This document shows, one piece after another, positions 31,537 through 32,634 of a stretch of DNA of 32,634 nucleotides (position 1 is the stretch's first letter; each line of letters begins with the position of its first letter). Both the position numbers and the translations under genes were made by a program. Location of the stretch: the IMG/VR virus record IMGVR_UViG_3300009117_000053, positions 1-32,634 of that record; one strand, 5' to 3'. The notes below the pieces were generated by a model. It saw nothing but the letters and a program-made list of their open reading frames with translations. It ran no database searches and was not told the origin of the DNA. The stretch comes from a virus. Taxonomy: Duplodnaviria; Caudoviricetes.

Positions 31537-32634
31537 ATGCCCGAAAGAAAAAATGAAGCTAAATGGGTAGAAAGCCGCCAGCGCTGGCAAATCAATGTCC
31601 AACAGGACGGCGAACGGCGCACTTTTACTTGTTCAATTCAGGGAACTAAGGGCAAGGTAAAGGCTGAAAAAGACGCCGATAGATGGCTCACGGAGAGAAC
31701 AAAGGACGAGAATATACGGTTTGGCAAACTATGGACCGATTTCTTAGCAGAAATTGATATATTGGCAAAATCGGAAAACTATAGAAAGCATGAACAAATG
31801 GGTAGGCTTTGGCTATTGCCTGCCTTGCAGCATAAAAAGGCTGTCGCTATTACCCCCCAGAACTGGCAGGATTGCATCAACGCCGCTTATAAAAAAGGCT
31901 TATCAAAAAAGACCTGTAAAAACATTCGGGCGTCTATAACCGCCTTATATCGCTACGCAAAGAAAAGGCGTGTCCCGATGGGTAAGCCGGAAGACTTAAC
32001 CATTCCTAAAGACGCGCCGGTTGGCAAAAGGAATATTTTACAGCCAAACGATATTAAAACCCTGTTTAGTATTGATTATACCGTCAAGTATGGCAAGCAG
32101 GAAAAATGCTTTTTTATTTATGCCTGGAGGTTTTTGCTATTAACAGGACTACGGCGCGGGGAGCTTTGCGGGATCAGGAAAGAAGATATAAATAACGGCA
32201 TATTACACATTCAAAGATCGATAAATGATAATAATGAAGAAACAGCGGGTAAGACAGAAAACGCCCAAAGGTATATAGCAATATCCCAACATGCGGAGGC
32301 AGTTTTAACAGATCAGGCGGAAATGTTAAAAAAAGAGGGCGTGATATCCTCCTGGATATTTCCCGACGAAAGAGGCGGCTGCCTTGATCCTAAACATCTG
32401 TATCAAATATGGCAGACCTACAGATCGCAAAACGGTATAAAATGCAGCCTCCATGAAATGAGGCACACATTAATATCAATCGCCAAATCTGACGTACCGG
32501 AAGAGCTATTAAAGAGAGCCGTAGGGCATAGTCAAAACATGGATACCTTTGGTGTATATGGGCATGACGTAGAGGGCGATATGAATAGGGTTGCCGATAT
32601 ACTCGACGGGCTTTTTGATGCCATTCTAAAATAA
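31537..32634 (+). CDS. int: Tyrosine integrase, 365 aa
   Basis: TGLRRGEL, GKT, HEMRH, VGHS, GVYGH catalytic motifs. Confidence 0.96.
   Translation: MPERKNEAKWVESRQRWQINVQQDGERRTFTCSIQGTKGKVKAEKDADRWLTERTKDENIRFGKLWTDFLAEIDILAKSENYRKHEQMGRLWLLPALQHKKAVAITPQNWQDCINAAYKKGLSKKTCKNIRASITALYRYAKKRRVPMGKPEDLTIPKDAPVGKRNILQPNDIKTLFSIDYTVKYGKQEKCFFIYAWRFLLLTGLRRGELCGIRKEDINNGILHIQRSINDNNEETAGKTENAQRYIAISQHAEAVLTDQAEMLKKEGVISSWIFPDERGGCLDPKHLYQIWQTYRSQNGIKCSLHEMRHTLISIAKSDVPEELLKRAVGHSQNMDTFGVYGHDVEGDMNRVADILDGLFDAILK

Larger units (their letters stand above)
1..32634. mobile_element. Temperate siphovirus prophage (SPP1/A118-like morphogenesis module); ends and att sites outside window
   Basis: Canonical order int-cI / cro-recombination-replication-terS-terL-portal-MuF-scaffold-capsid-neck-tail-holins. 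Confidence 0.97.

Noticed and set aside
1-32634. Endolysin, excisionase, attL/attR, tRNA genes
   Set aside because: Not recognisable here; the window stops at the holin-like and integrase stop codons, so absence of endolysin and att sites is uninformative

Overview
Near-complete temperate siphovirus (prophage) genome, most likely from a spore-forming Clostridia-like host (inferred from the copper-amine-oxidase stalk domain, sigma-A promoters and sporulation-type promoters). From right to left: tyrosine integrase, YHYH surface protein, mini ImmA-like protease and CI-like repressor on +; a genetic switch with four 15-bp operators; then on - the early region (Cro, small-gene cassettes, 3D protein, YqaJ/RecT, HD protein, replication initiator, RusA), late activator, SPP1/A118-type head and tail genes and holin-like genes. 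No endolysin or att sites lie inside the window. Most notable signals: (1) three adjacent tail genes that look like a split, strand-complemented Ig chain; (2) a MuF minor head protein fused to an R-STS-ExE ADP-ribosyltransferase, with a sigma-A promoter hidden in its linker upstream of a putative immunity gene; (3) an unannotated 38-aa, 13-Cys peptide gene with a sigma-K-like promoter and its own terminator, next to a second possible sporulation moron; (4) an array of convergent gene-pair cassettes delimited by copies of the cro 3' end that double as promoters; (5) lipoprotein and YfbU morons and many terminators inside the late operon. All family assignments come from motif recognition, not database searches.
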